The notes: generated by a model not told the origin, from the letters alone. A DNA stretch of 64,000 nucleotides from Laetmonice hystrix (GCA_965235115.1 OZ249436.1:49726001-49790000); one strand, 5' to 3'. Shown: positions 1-13,900, counted from the first letter of the stretch. Numbers and translations: made by a program.

Positions 1-37
1 CAAGTAACTGGAACAATTTTCACCCTTCTTTTCTAAG

Positions 38-1933
38 ATGTCAAGCAGCCAAAAGAACTAGGGTCTCCAAAGAGCCAGGGAGCCAAGCCAAGTGAGCAGG
101 CTGCGATGGCTAACAGTCGGCCTGGAGTGGTCAACTCCCCCCGGCCTGCCCAGGTCTTCACCAATGGCCAGTTAGAATCACACACAGGTCATTATCAAAT
201 AAACAACCAGCAACAACAACAGCTGACACAACACCAGCAAACCTGGCAGCAACAACAGCTGACACACCAGCAGCAACAACAGCAGACACAGCAACAGCAG
301 CAGACGCAACACCAGCAAACCTGGCAGCAACAACAGCAGACGCCACACCAGCAAGCCTGGCAACAACAACAACAGACACAACACCAGCAAACCTGGCAGC
401 AACAACAACAGATGCAACACCAGCAAACCTGGCAACAACAACAGATGCAACACCAGCAAACCTGGCAACAACAACAGACACAACAGCAGCAAACCTGGCA
501 ACAACAACAGCAGACACAACATCAGCAAACCTGGCAACAACAACAGCAGACACAACATCAGCAAACCTGGCAACAACCACAGCAGACTCAACACCAGCAA
601 ACCTGGCAACAACCACAGCAGCAAACCTTGCAACAACAGCAGCAAACACTGCAGCAAGCGCAGCAGCAGCAGCAGCAGCAGCAGATGGTACATCAACTGG
701 CCAACAGAAACACGTCCCAACCAGTTCAACCATTGTTGACTCCTCGACCCAACCATCGTAACGATCTACAGGGTGGGATCAGTTACGTCAGTGTGGGGCC
801 ACTTCAGGGAACAGCCTTGTCCCCCAGGCACGGTACACCAAACCTCAGCCAGCAGACGCCACATCCGATGTCCCCTCGTAGTAGTACCCCTCTACCCCCT
901 ATAGAATCCAAGGGTGGAATGTCGCCCCCTGGTCAGGAGGGAGTTCAAACCTTCCCATTAGACCACTCCCATGAGTTTGGCCTCGTCTGTCAGAACTGCC
1001 TGATACACACCATGTCCAAAGGTCAGTACCTCATCGATTTGAAACTCCGGCACCAATGTAGGGAGGACACTCTACTTGTGCGTGGAAAGGGGGAGAAGGT
1101 TTGGAGACGGGTTCGGGAGCGCCTCAAACATCGCAATTTTGTTGGGCGTTATGTGCTTTGCCGGAACTACACAAATAGAAACCCCAACATATTGTGCAAT
1201 TATGGCGAGGAACTCTGCAGCTTTGCTCACAATCGAGAGGAACAGTTTCTCTGGGGCTTGGAGAAGGATGGCACTTTTAACATACAAGCTTTTATCATAG
1301 GGAACCGTTCTGATGGAAAGCAGAAGGGATTCCGGCCAGAAGAACTCTTCCGCAAACACCCTGGATCACTGTGTTTCATCTGTGGTGGTTGTTTCTACAG
1401 CCATCCGTGCCGTGTTAGTGTTCATCATTCACAATCTGGGCTCTGCACTGGTAACCTTCATATCTGGAACCAGAACAAACTTCTTGTCCATGTCAACATC
1501 AGTGGAACCATCACGCCAATCATGCCACGCCCGTTTGAACACAAAAAAGCGTACTTCTTACTTTGTGACCATCAGCAGTTCTGCCGAAGACGACAGGCGA
1601 ATAGATGCCATTTTGCTCACAGCAACATAGAGAGAGACGTATGGAATGTGGAACGTGACTCGGATCTGTCTCGTGAGAACCTAGTGGCTGAGTCGGATGC
1701 TCACTTCGCCCGTCTCGTCCAAGAGAGAGAGCAGCAACAACAGCAGCAGCAGCAACAGCAGCAGCCGTCGACCACAAGCCCCCTAGGTTCTGGGACAGAA
1801 GCCGTCAGGCCAGGGACCACAGCCTTACCACCTGTACTAGTCAAGTGTCCCTACCGTGTTCTTGAGGTGTGTGAGCTGTGCTGGAAACAAGGGACGCGCC
1901 GCACTCAGAAAGGTGATCGCTGCAACGGACCGG
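38..1933 (+). CDS. HELZ2: HELZ2-like first exon in window: polyQ/W low-complexity tract plus first CCCH modules
   Basis: ORF 106-1959 contains CRNY..CNYGEELCSFAH and CDHQQFC..CHFAH. Donor CCGG|GTGAGT at 1934 is phase 1 and matches the acceptor at 2227. Confidence 0.88.
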
Positions 1934-4900
1934 GTGAGTATCGTTCTTACACTGGATAGGCTGCCGTAATATGTACACCAGAGAATCAAGTTAGAAAAAC
2001 ATTTCACTTCTATATTATAGCAATAACCAATAATTTAGGTAACACTGAGGAATGTGTAGATAGAGAAATAATAAACATATTTAGTAAGTTTTCTTTATAA
2101 AGAACAATACTGGAATACTTTGCCTCTTTTTGTAATTATTTATAATCGCAATGTTAACACCATGGGACAAATCATGGAGGGAGTTCCTGGACGTGGTGTA
2201 TTTTTACTCCCTTGTATTTTCATCCAGGTAATGGTCACCTGTGGAGAATTAACGTCGTTCATCTACTTATACCTCAAAACAAAGTTCTGCGTCCACTTCC
2301 ACGCAAAATCCCTATCAACTGTAAATTCTTCATCTGTCGGCATATACGAATGAAGCGCAGCTGTGATTATGCCAACGGGTTTTGCCAGTTTGCACATAGC
2401 CAAGATGAAATAGATGTCTGGACGTGGATGGTAAAGAATGGGGGTAAATGTTTATTTTTGTCTCAACATGATCAGTAATATATTGTCTCTTATCAGACCA
2501 TAGAAATAATGAACAAGTTGTTGTTGTCTACAGCCTTTCAATTAAAAACTTGTGGTTGAGGCAGAAGAGAATCATGGTTGTAAATTGTATTCTCCTCTCT
2601 GCTCAGTAAAAAGTCTGGAAGAGTTGACCAAACTCAGTCAGCAGACCCACGAGATGGCATCAAGCCGAGGTAAGACCATACAACAGGGACAGACGGTCGT
2701 CGCAGCACTCCCGGTACAGACTACCCAGCCCTCGGCTGTGTCCTCGTCGTTCATGTTCAATCTGCGTTCAGACACTCACTACTGCCAATACTGTAGCCAA
2801 CACTGCTCCTCCAAAAAACAGTGGGACGAACACTGTGCTTCGGAACAACATATGTTCAACGTAAACTCAGACAAAGAACATCAGTGGAACTACAGGCAAC
2901 CTCCGTGGGGGTTCCATGGTGACAACTACCAGCTATGTAAAAAGTTAGTCTCTCACTCGTCAACTATCTCCAGTAGCACCGAGCACAACGCTAGAAATGA
3001 ACGATTTCTGCTACTAGCTAGTTTTGTTTGTAATAACATTTTCAACGGACAAAAGGGATACTTTCACTAGCAGAAGAAATGAACATGGAAAGTGACTATT
3101 AAATACATTTAATATAAGATGTATTTGATGTTCTTCATACATTTCAGTGACCCACCAAAATTTGTAATGTAACCCATGTTACTGGCCACGACAGATATCT
3201 TTGTAATGTTTGGAATGAAAACGAAAGAACAAATCTTAGCCAGTATCATAGTTTTCTAAAAGCAGAAATGACAACCAGATACTCGGTTTGCTAGTAAGAT
3301 AGCATTGACTTTGAGTCCTGTATCTGCTAATGGCAGTTGTCAAATAGCCCCAACATTTGAAACTTATCAGTGCTACTGTGTTTGATTGCAGACATGTTGA
3401 AGGCCGGTGTCAGTTCTCCAATTACCCCGACATGTACAACATGTGTCAGTTCGCACACAGCAATGGTGAACTGGATGAATGGATGGAGAGAGGGCGTTGG
3501 CGACAGATGAAACGGGACATTGCCAAGAGGGAAGGAATGTACTCCTACGTGGATGATTTACTCGAGGACTACGAGGCAGCAGATTCTGGCATCACAGTGG
3601 TGAGTGGGATTGATCATAAACAATTCTTACCGGCGGCTGCAGGCCGTGTTGCATGAGAAGAAATTTAAGCCTGTTGTAACAATGACCTGAGACAGGCGCC
3701 GAACATTGACGTTCCTAGAATGATGTTGTAAGTCCGACTCGTGCTTGGTTTCAGATGAGTGAGACATTGGAAGGTGTGTCCGTGAAGTGTCGCACTCCAC
3801 TCAAGGTCTACCAGCAGGAAAAGAACGTCAGCCTGTCGTGGACGTTTGAACTGAAGACCAAGGTCTCACTTCTGTCTTTTTTTATGACACACAGATAATG
3901 GTCATGCTCAGAGATATTGTGTTTTAAATGTTTTTGGGGAAAGATTTGTGATAGTAAAATACCTCCTGGGTGATATTTTCATGAGTTCCACTATGTTGCA
4001 GGGCCTAAAACTGGAAAAGGTTGGACTTCTGTACAACAGGGACAGACTTCACTTCAGTCTTGTTGGAGAAGACTTAGAGAGAAATGCTCAGCTAGCAGAG
4101 GGAGCAGTTTTCCTCACCCCAGACCTACACGCTTACAGTATCCAGGTATAGCAGTCTCAGGGTACACCTTTCTAAAAATAGATTTCTATCCATTATAATG
4201 GCACCTGAAGAAAGCAGCTTTTTCAAATGGCAAGCTTCTGACCTTGACCTTTGAAGATGAAACCCCAACACCAATGCTATAGCTCTGCACCGTAAGTTGG
4301 GGACTAAAAGCTTAGTTTTTCTGACCTTGGGTGCTTCAAAACCTGCTCGCAGTGGTAATAATGAATCAATTCGCATGGAAATTGTTGCAAAAGAAACTAG
4401 AGATATTCGGCTTTTGTCCAGTGTGAAATTTAATAAATAGATTTAAGGATTCTTTTTGGTATGGCCATTTAAAAACCGCGAAAAAAGTATAAAAAATCTG
4501 AAAACTTGTGACTTTTCTACCTAGCCGGTCTTGCCACGCAAAATCTGTCGCGACGACCTATACAAAAAAGTATCCAGAATTATTCCCCACATCGTAAGGT
4601 CTCCATAGATATCTTTCTTTTAGCGAGATTCCTTATAGTTTTGAATACAGCGAGCTTTGTTTGGAAATTTAAAAGTTCCCAAAACTTTGATAATGACGTT
4701 AAATATCACAATAGACAGCCAGGCTCCAATCTAAGCTGTGTAGGATCAGGGGCCTACAGTGATGTTTACAGAGGTATTATAATGCTATAATTTTCTGAGA
4801 CTATCTACTGACCTTCGAAGTATCTGCTTCTGTAGTATTTTAATCCATCTTTTAATAAAACGAGAGCTAGACAGCAAAATAGTGCAGTCTACGTTAGTCG

Positions 4901-7900
4901 TTGACGACGGTGCCGCACGTCCTCTCTATGACGTCACAGCCACAGTTGACTTAACGAGGCACGCACTGTCTTTTTGTTGGTGAAACATTGTAATATTATG
5001 TATCAAAATACGTAGTTAACTATACTATGATGTCACAAGTGACAATGAAAGCACAAACAGATCGAACCCAGGCTATAAAATTGTAGCCAATGCAGATTAT
5101 GAGGACGTTATCGCCGGCCAGTCTCTGGCCCAAGCGATGACAACGAACGTGTTGACGGCTCTACCAGCCCAAGACACCCGGCCAGTACACTGGTTTTTGA
5201 GCAGCAGCGCTCTAAAATAACACTTTCTAACTATAAAATAATGATTTATTTTTATAACATTCGGGTTTGCATAAATATTAAGACTAACTGCCCACACTAT
5301 TATCACATAGAACGATATAATAACATGTTTTGGGGTTTCAAGTGGGGGTTGAACTGGATGACTTCCCAAGTTCCCAACTTACGGTGCAGGACTATAGGAA
5401 GTAGTATTCATATTGAGCCAGTTCGCGTGTCGTGTGGTGGAATGGCTGTATTAATCTAAGTTGACATTCTTTCCAGGTTTCCTTCAGGGGCGGCATGTTT
5501 GGGTCCTTTTGGCAGTGGATCGTGTTTGATTTTGGAAGCCGGCCTGTCCTTGTTCAAATGGTGAATGTTGAACTTGGCACTCAGTTTATCCAGGACAAGG
5601 TGAAGAAGTTGCGCCGGAAACTCGCCTTTGACAGGTCAGCATAAGTCAGATTACTAGTGTCAAGTGTCTCTACCTTACCTGCTCACTTTTTCAAAAACCA
5701 GGAAGGGTATGCTCCGCGATCATGATAGTCCATTTATTATGTATTGCAGATGGTCTGGAGACAATCGTGAGATTGTGCGCTTTAATAATAGCCGCAATGT
5801 GAGTAGGATTATGTGTGACTTTGAGAAGAAACTGCTGCAGCAGTACAAACCGCCCACCTCGGCTGATACTGTCATCAACCAGCAGAGTATCGGGGTGGAT
5901 CTCAACCGGCACAACTACATCCACAAGATGCACACCTTGCTACATCTGGAGGAACTTACCTGTCAGTCCATCATCTCCAGGTGTGTCTCTCAGCTGGCCA
6001 CAGGCTGAGCTGGCCACAGGCGTGATGATACAGGGTTCCGGGGGTTTTCAATGTTTAATCTTCTTATCTCTTTCTGACCATATCGGATAAATCTGTGCAT
6101 ACAGCAGTGTTGTTTTATTTGCCAGCTATAACCTGAAGACTGAGATTGAACTCCAGGACTGTATCGACTCGAAGATCTTTGCCTTGCCCGGAGAGCTGTT
6201 TGCCCGTGTCTCTCTCCAAGGCCAGTTGAGTGAGGACACCAGTGCCGGCAGGTTAATCCTGACTAGTGTCAAAAGATTTCTCATGGCCCCCATCAACAAC
6301 AGTCAGAAAGTTGTCTATGAAGCTGTCCTGGTTGACAATGACAACTTCTTCTACGACGGCCGTGGGAAGGACTACATCTTTCTCTGCCTTTCACCGAGGT
6401 AGCGTGCACAGTAAACATTTCGTTGTGTATGAGAGTGTTGGTAGCTGCTGTTTTTATTATTTGTACGAATCAATGTGTCACCGTCCAGCATTGTCCATCA
6501 TGAGTTTGCTGGTGTAGTCACCAGTCATTGAAGTATTGGCCGTGTGTTGTCAGGTGCACTGAGGATCTCGGACTTACCAAGGATCAGAAGCTGGAGGTGG
6601 AGATTCAGTTCCAAATGTCACGCGATCCTTTCTGTCGGATGCATAAGGCCATCGACCTACTGGAGAACAATGACCATGTCTTCCCTGACCTGAATAAGGT
6701 CAAACCAAACTGGAATGAGCACCACTACTTCCAGCTCTCGTGGGTGGAATTTATTAATCTCCACACTCGCCCATCATAGGCTGGGACATCTTTGTCTCAT
6801 TTTGATTATGGATAGATTCTATATGATAACAGAGTCAATAATCGGTTCCTATTAAAAATAAAATTCTTTTCTAAAAAGTAGTCTGATTTCTGACTTTATA
6901 GTGAAAGGTATATGAGCTTTTGGTGTTCTGTTCCACAATGCATGTCTCTCTTTGTGTTGATAATCAAAGTTATAGAGGGTTAGATGATAGTCAAGTAGAA
7001 TACTTGTTTTTTTTAGGTCAGGCGTCCTCAATGAGGATCAGATGAAGATTGTGCGTCACATTGTCGCAGAACGTGTCGGTTACACGCCACCGTTGATCAT
7101 CTACGGACCGTTTGGGACTGGGAAGACTGAGACTCTGGCACAAGCTACCATGGTTCTGGTCAGGCACCGACCAGAAGCTCGGGTTCTTATATGTACTCAC
7201 ACAAATAGGTTAGTAACCACTGGTTTTATTGCTTGGTGTTTAAAAATGTAAACATTTATTTGGTTAGTGTTGACCCAGAGTACTCCAGACTCAGCCACCC
7301 ATAACTGACTGTCTCAATATCAATGTAGGCGTTGCTGAAGCTTAAAACCCCGATCTTAATCTGAATCCAAAGAAAATGGGAATAGATTGTTGTTGTCTGA
7401 AGGTCCTTTCCCAAGCAGAGTTTGTATAACTCCAGTGCTGCTGACCTATACATCACAAAACATCTGGATGCATTCGTGCGGCAGGGACAAAACAGGTTGA
7501 AAGTGTTGCGGGTGCTCACACCTCTGCGACGTAGAAATACTGTTGTGCCGACAGTACAGTGCTACTGCAAGTCCAATGCTGACAGGTAGGTGAACAACTC
7601 TCGAAGAGGTAAAGAAACAGATTGTGTCAGCAATCTTTTAGTAGAGATGTCAAATCAAAGTTGCACATACTGACATAAAGTCCCCTCTGACATGGAGGCT
7701 GTGAGATCATGGGTCACTTGTTAACTTCAATAGGATGAAAAGGCTAGGCCAGTAGAGCCTCACTCTTTGCTGGACCTTGCCTTTCTGCGTGCCCAGTCTC
7801 GTGTAGCGACGGGTTTCAGTTCCGTGGAAATGCTATCACTGAAAACAAACCTGATATGTTTTCCCACAGTTTTGAGCTTCCGTCTACGGAGGATGTGAAG

Positions 7901-10900
7901 AATCACCACGTAGTGATCACCAGTCTGAGTATGTCGGTGTACATAGCATCCCTGCCTGACCTCAAGGGTTTCTTCACCCATATCTTCATCGACGAGGCTG
8001 GCCAGGCACTAGAATGTGAGGCCATCGCCCCGTTGGCTCTGGCGTCGCCAACAACCTGTGTCGTACTGGCCGGTGACCACAAACAGATGAGTCCGATCAT
8101 TTACAGTTCGGAGGCCAAGAAACAGCGTTTCCAACGCTCACTGCTGGAACGTCTCTTCGCTCACTACCAAAACTTCAATGCCTTCATAACTCAGCAGAAC
8201 CCACTAAACATCCTGCTGCGCGTGAACTACCGCTCCAAGATGGAGATCCTGCGCTTCCTCTCTGCCATATTCTATGGTGGGCCAGATAGGTTGGTGTCTG
8301 AGAGCGAGCAGCCAACGTGTGAAGATATTGTGCCGCTTACGTTTTATACAGCCCACGGCCGGGAGGTGCAGGACTCTGACAGCACCTCCCACTACAACAT
8401 GGCAGAGATTGAGGAGGTGGTGGAGAGGGTGGAAGAGTTGTCTAACAACTGGCCCCAGGAGTGGGGGCCCCTCGATCTGAGCTCCATAGCTGTCATCACT
8501 CCCTACTATGATCAGGTCAGTCACTCATGGTGTCTGCAGCATGACCTGCCAGCAGTCCTCAAAATCAACGGAGCGACTTAGAAAAGTTATTCTAGAAATA
8601 AAAGGTGGTTCGCAGGTCAGTGATTGTGACCTAAGGGATAGAAATCCTTTGTCTCAGTTGATACAGACCACAGAAAACCCTTTAGATATGAGCAAAATTT
8701 ATCATCATAAACTCTTGAAATCAATCAAATTCTATAATCTATTGGGTAGGAACAGACTGTCACTGGCTACATTTTGTTGTTCCAGACGATACGATTGCGG
8801 GCAGCCTTGCGGAAAAAGAAGCTAGGCAAGGTGGTGGTAGAACGAGTAGTGAATGTACCAGGTAGGTCGAAGATTTCAAATTTATTCTGAAGAACCTGAA
8901 TATGTTACTAACTGTTCAGCAGTCAGAATGATATGTAGCTGTGAACTCCGGCTCTGGTTTTGTACAAGTGATCCGTTTTGTCCAATCAGGTAAGGAGTTC
9001 CGAGCAGTCTTCATCAGCGCAGTGAGAACACATCACCTAATCGACGCGCCCCCACAGCCAGTTGCCAGACATTGTGAATGTGATGGCGATGTAGGGGACT
9101 TTGGTTTCCTCTCAGATGAGAAGCTGCTGAACTCTGCCCTGACCCGGGCCCAGTCACTGCTAGCTGTTGTTGGGGACCCTGTCGCTCTCTGTGCCATTGG
9201 TAAGTCAATGAATATCTGGAGAGCCTTCCTGAAGCACTGTCAGATGATGCAGAGTATCTACCCATCGACAGTGACACTGGACACAGTGCGCGCAGAGGTA
9301 GGCAGAATCATGAACTCCCCTAAAGGACAGAACCTCATTCAGCTTGCACAGATCTCGAAGGCAACTGTTGAAGGGAAACTTCCAGCGGGACATGAACCGA
9401 GTGATTCTGGCTCCAAGACTAATCCAGTCCCTAAGGATAAACCAGAAGGTAGGCAGACCCGAAACTCTGCCCGTGACACTGGAGTGGAAGATGGAGAGAG
9501 CTCAGATTCGGATTCCGAGCAGACACCATTTGATATTGCCACAAAGGTTGGCTTTTTTGATGACTGGAGCATGGACTACAGGATTGAACCTGATGATATT
9601 ATCAAACAACTTGCCAAGGAGTCTTTGCTGTACAGTCAGAAGAAGTTGGCCAAGAATGCTTGGGCGTCTAAAAACCCAGGAAAGTCCAAGGTTCTTACAC
9701 CAGTGGACCTCAGTTCACCACTGAAAATAGAATGTGTCAAGGTCAAACAACAGGAAGGTCATGCTGTGGTTCACTACAACCCTAACTGGGCGTGGGAAGC
9801 ACGGCAACGTAAGCTGCTGTCAGTACATGATGCCGGGCGGGAGTTTGACTCAGACAGTGACTCTGTCACAAGCGAGGAGGAGGGAAGTGGAGGGGACCGC
9901 AGCAAGTACCCTGATTATAGCCGGCAGCAGCTACGGCGCTTCATACAGACAGAACCCAACAAGTACCGGGAGTGTATTCTGAAGATTGAGTCCTCATTCA
10001 AGATGTATGGCATTGATCTAGACCCGAAGACCAATCGCAGGCAGATCAAGATCAGCAACCGGCAGCGCTGCGGCCAAGCCTTTGATAACGATCAAGTCGT
10101 CCTTGAACTTACAAAGCCAGAAGAAGATGACATTCAAGCCCAGAGTACAGAAGAAAGAACTGATCTCCAAGGGCGAGTTGTTGGCATTCTGCGGAGAGCA
10201 GTCAACCCAAAGTACCGCATGTTTGTTTGCACAGTCGAGAAGGGCAACACAGGCGTAATGGTGCCACTGAACCGAGGCATACCCAAAATGTATAACTTGG
10301 AGACCAGTCAGAGGCATGCCAAGGCACGCAAGGGGCATGTCATAGTATACACCTTCACTCGAGACAAGGAAATCATCTTCCATCATCACGAGCCCATTGA
10401 CCCCACCAATCAGGACAACAAGCTCTTCATTGTACGCTACCTGAAATGGGAGGCTCGCTTCTACTCTCCACTAGGAGTCGTTGTTGGTGTCCTTCCAGCT
10501 GGCCTGTCCGTTGAGGATGGCATGACCATCCTCAACCTGGAGCATTACATCCCAAAGAAGTTCAAGGAAGAGACCCTGAAGGCAGTGGAGAGGCAGTATC
10601 CACGGAACTTTTGTATTCCTGAGGTGGCGCTTCATGACCGCACTGACTACAGAAGTAAGCTTACCTTCACCATCGACCCACCTGATTCTGCAGACCTCGA
10701 CGATGCCCTCAGTGTGGAGAATCTGCCTGATGGCAACTACCTGGTCGGCGTCCATATTGCTGATGTTTCCTACTTTGTCAAGCCTGGGCATCCCATCGAC
10801 CAGGAGGCCCGTATCCGAGGGCTGACGTACTATCCCGTGGGTCATGACCCAGTGCCCATGCTCCCGGACCAGCTCGGCACCAACCTGTGCAGCCTGAAAC

Positions 10901-13900
10901 CAAACCAGGACAGGCTCACTTTGTCCATCTTCTTTACCGTCAGCCATGAGGGAGTGGTCCGTAAGGTTTCTCCAAAACGATGCATTATCCGCTCCAAAGC
11001 CCGCCTTACTTACGCTGACGCGGAAGCTATCTTGTCTGAAGGAAGTGAAGAATTCGGGGAAGATGTCCAGGAGAGTGTCTTTGTTCTACAAAGAATCAGT
11101 GAGATGTGGCGAAATGAGCGTCTGGGCAATGGCGCCCTGTACCAACAGCTGGATGCAGAAGCTGCGGCCACACCACGCTCCCACATGTTGGTAGAGGAGT
11201 TGATGATCATGACCAACCGTCAGGTGGCAGACCGCCTCGTAAAGAGGTTTCCAACATGTACACCGCTCCGCAGCCAGCCAGCACCCAATGAGGTGGAGTT
11301 AGACGAGTGGCGTCAGGCACATCGACAGGCAGCCCTTCATTCGGTGGCCTTGACACGTCCGTTTCTAAGTAAGGGTCAGGTGTGTCGCTGCAAGGCGAAC
11401 TGTACGTGTGTGCCCATGGCAGGGTTGGATTGGGGTAAACAGTTTGTTGATGTGGTGGAAAGCGTGTGGCAGAAGATGCAGGGAGCGATGGAGGAGGAGG
11501 AGGACACAGCTGTTATCCAGTCGGTCGTCATGAACCCTGAACTTCACCCACAGCTCGCGGTCGCTCTGCTCCAGCTGAGGGCCCTACAGGAGCGTGGACG
11601 TTACATATGTTCCGGTTCAGCATCACCTGACGACCAGGGGCATTATACACTCAACCTGTCGGCGTACACCCACTTCACCTCACCCATCCGCCGCTACATG
11701 GACCTTGTTGTCCACCGCCTCGTCGTTTCTTTGATCGAAGGTGTACCTCCTCAGTACAGCCAGCACGACCTGCAGGACTTGTGTACACACTGTACAGATC
11801 TGACAGTGAAAGCTAATCGTTACATGCGGGACACCCAAACCCTATACCTCACCACGATGTTACAGGAGAAACCATTAGTTCTCTACCCAGTGGTCGGCTC
11901 GGTGAGCGACAGCCACATCACACTACAGTTCCCAACCATGAAGGATATAGCACCCCGCCATGGAAACATTGGACTCAACATGCTGGACCTGGCAAGGGCA
12001 CCCGAGAAAGACACAAGTAATGATGTCACCCTGACCTGGCAGAAACGTGTCTATGATGTTAATATGAAGACTAGCCTAGCCAACCGTTACAATGTCACCC
12101 TGAACACCAGTAGGTAAGGCAGAACCGTTCTCTGTTTTTAGCAGTTTTAGTAGCCTTCATGTGGTTTAACAGCGCTAAGTACAAATTTTGTATAATTTTG
12201 TCGTCAATTTCTTTTCTTTTCTATCTCAAGATATCTTTGGAAATACTTAGGTATGTGTAAGTTAGGAGGTTTATTAAAGTAACCTGTCAATCTGGAAGTG
12301 AGGCTTTTGATGAGGAAGACCTGCTGACCTGTAGAAGTTATTCCTTACTGGCCTTGTATTTCTGCCTGTATCCAGGTTTGTGGTGAAAGTCCCGGCCCAG
12401 CTGTGGCAAAGGTTGCTGACTGACTTCCGCCAGGATGATCACGGTCAAGTGTTTGGAATCTACAATGAAATGGTGAACTCCCTCCAGCTGCAAGGCCAGG
12501 CAGACAGAGAGTAAGTCAGTCGATTCTTGCTTATAAGGATTTTTTGTAATTTCAAGTCTAGGATTTCTCTGAGATAAAAACCCTAATGGAACTCTTGTAC
12601 AGATGATCACTATGTCTTTGTTCTTGCAGTTATGTCGGAGATGTGACTTCAGAAGTCAGTGGGGAAAAACGTCTCTTGGAACACTACTGCAAGTTCCGCT
12701 GCAATATGACAGCTGGCACCGTTGTTCAGGTGCAGATGGGTGCGCAGGTGTACAAGGGTTTGCTGGCGCCACAGATAAAGTTGCTCAGCCTCACGCCAAC
12801 CCTGGATGTGTGTCTCGAACACTCTGCTGACCCTGTACGATGTTTTGCTGCCACCACCACACTGAAGGTGAGAAGTCGGGCAAAGATACCTGTTTACTGA
12901 TCCCTGATTGTTAGATTGGTCCGTACAGGGCTGAATACAATGTACGAACTGATGCACCATTTGGCCTGCTTTTATCATATTCTTTCTTTGCCTGATGGAG
13001 TAAATAAGGTGGCCTGTAGATTTTAATCGTAACCAAGTAACATATAAACCCTATGGCATCACACTGTTGACTGTGCCCCCTGTTGTAGGCTTCGAAGCAG
13101 AATTATGGTGACATAGAGCTGTATCGAGATAGTTGGCTGCCGCTGGTGAGAATGGAGTCGGCTGTGGCTGCGGTCAAGGACCAGGAAGCAGCCATCATTC
13201 ACAACGTGCCCATCATATGGCGCAAGAAGACAGACAGCAGTGGTGAGAGCTACCATGCTGTCGTGACTCTACCGCTCTCATTCTGTGAGCAGAGACAGAT
13301 TAAGACAAACATTGAGACGGATGTGGTCAGCTTCCAGGAGGAGGAGGAGGAGGAGGAGGAGGAGGAGCAATTGGAGGAGAGAGAGGAGAAGGAGGAGGCG
13401 GCGTCAAAGAAACCAGTTACCAGGTAAACTGTTCGTGACAAATCTTGAGTGGTGAGGGACATTGCCTGAGGAAGTTTTGTTTTTTTTGCATTTCTGCTGT
13501 TCGAAGATTTGATCCCATTTGACCCCTTAACTGTAGCTTTCTCAGGATACCTTAACAGATGGTACGTCATATAACGAGGATATATTCTTCAAGGTACTTT
13601 CATGAACTTCGCTGAAGTCACCTTATCAATGAACCTCGTACTAGACATGATGAATGAACATGTGTAGCCACAGATACATGTGTTTGCAGATACTTTGACT
13701 ATATGTGCGTGCGATATTCTGGTGTATCGATGGAGCCCCCAGCAAGGGTTACTACAACCTCAGTACATCAGGAAGTTGACCCCAGCGAGCCCGTCACCTG
13801 GGTTGGACACTGTCTAGTGACAGACGTGACCAGATGTCGTAAATCTGACAAGGTGGTCGTGTCCGTGAGCCTTCATCAAAGTTCCGTCAGTCTTCCCGAG

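Noticed and set aside
158..756. Hydrophobic poly-Leu/Val/Ala ORFs on the minus strand
   Set aside because: Antisense shadows of the polyQ tract.
760..820. RHIM-like motif (GGISYVSVG); also VQVQMG near 12724
   Set aside because: The first lacks the (I/V)Q(I/V)G core; the second sits in an apparently folded region without flanking RHIM residues.
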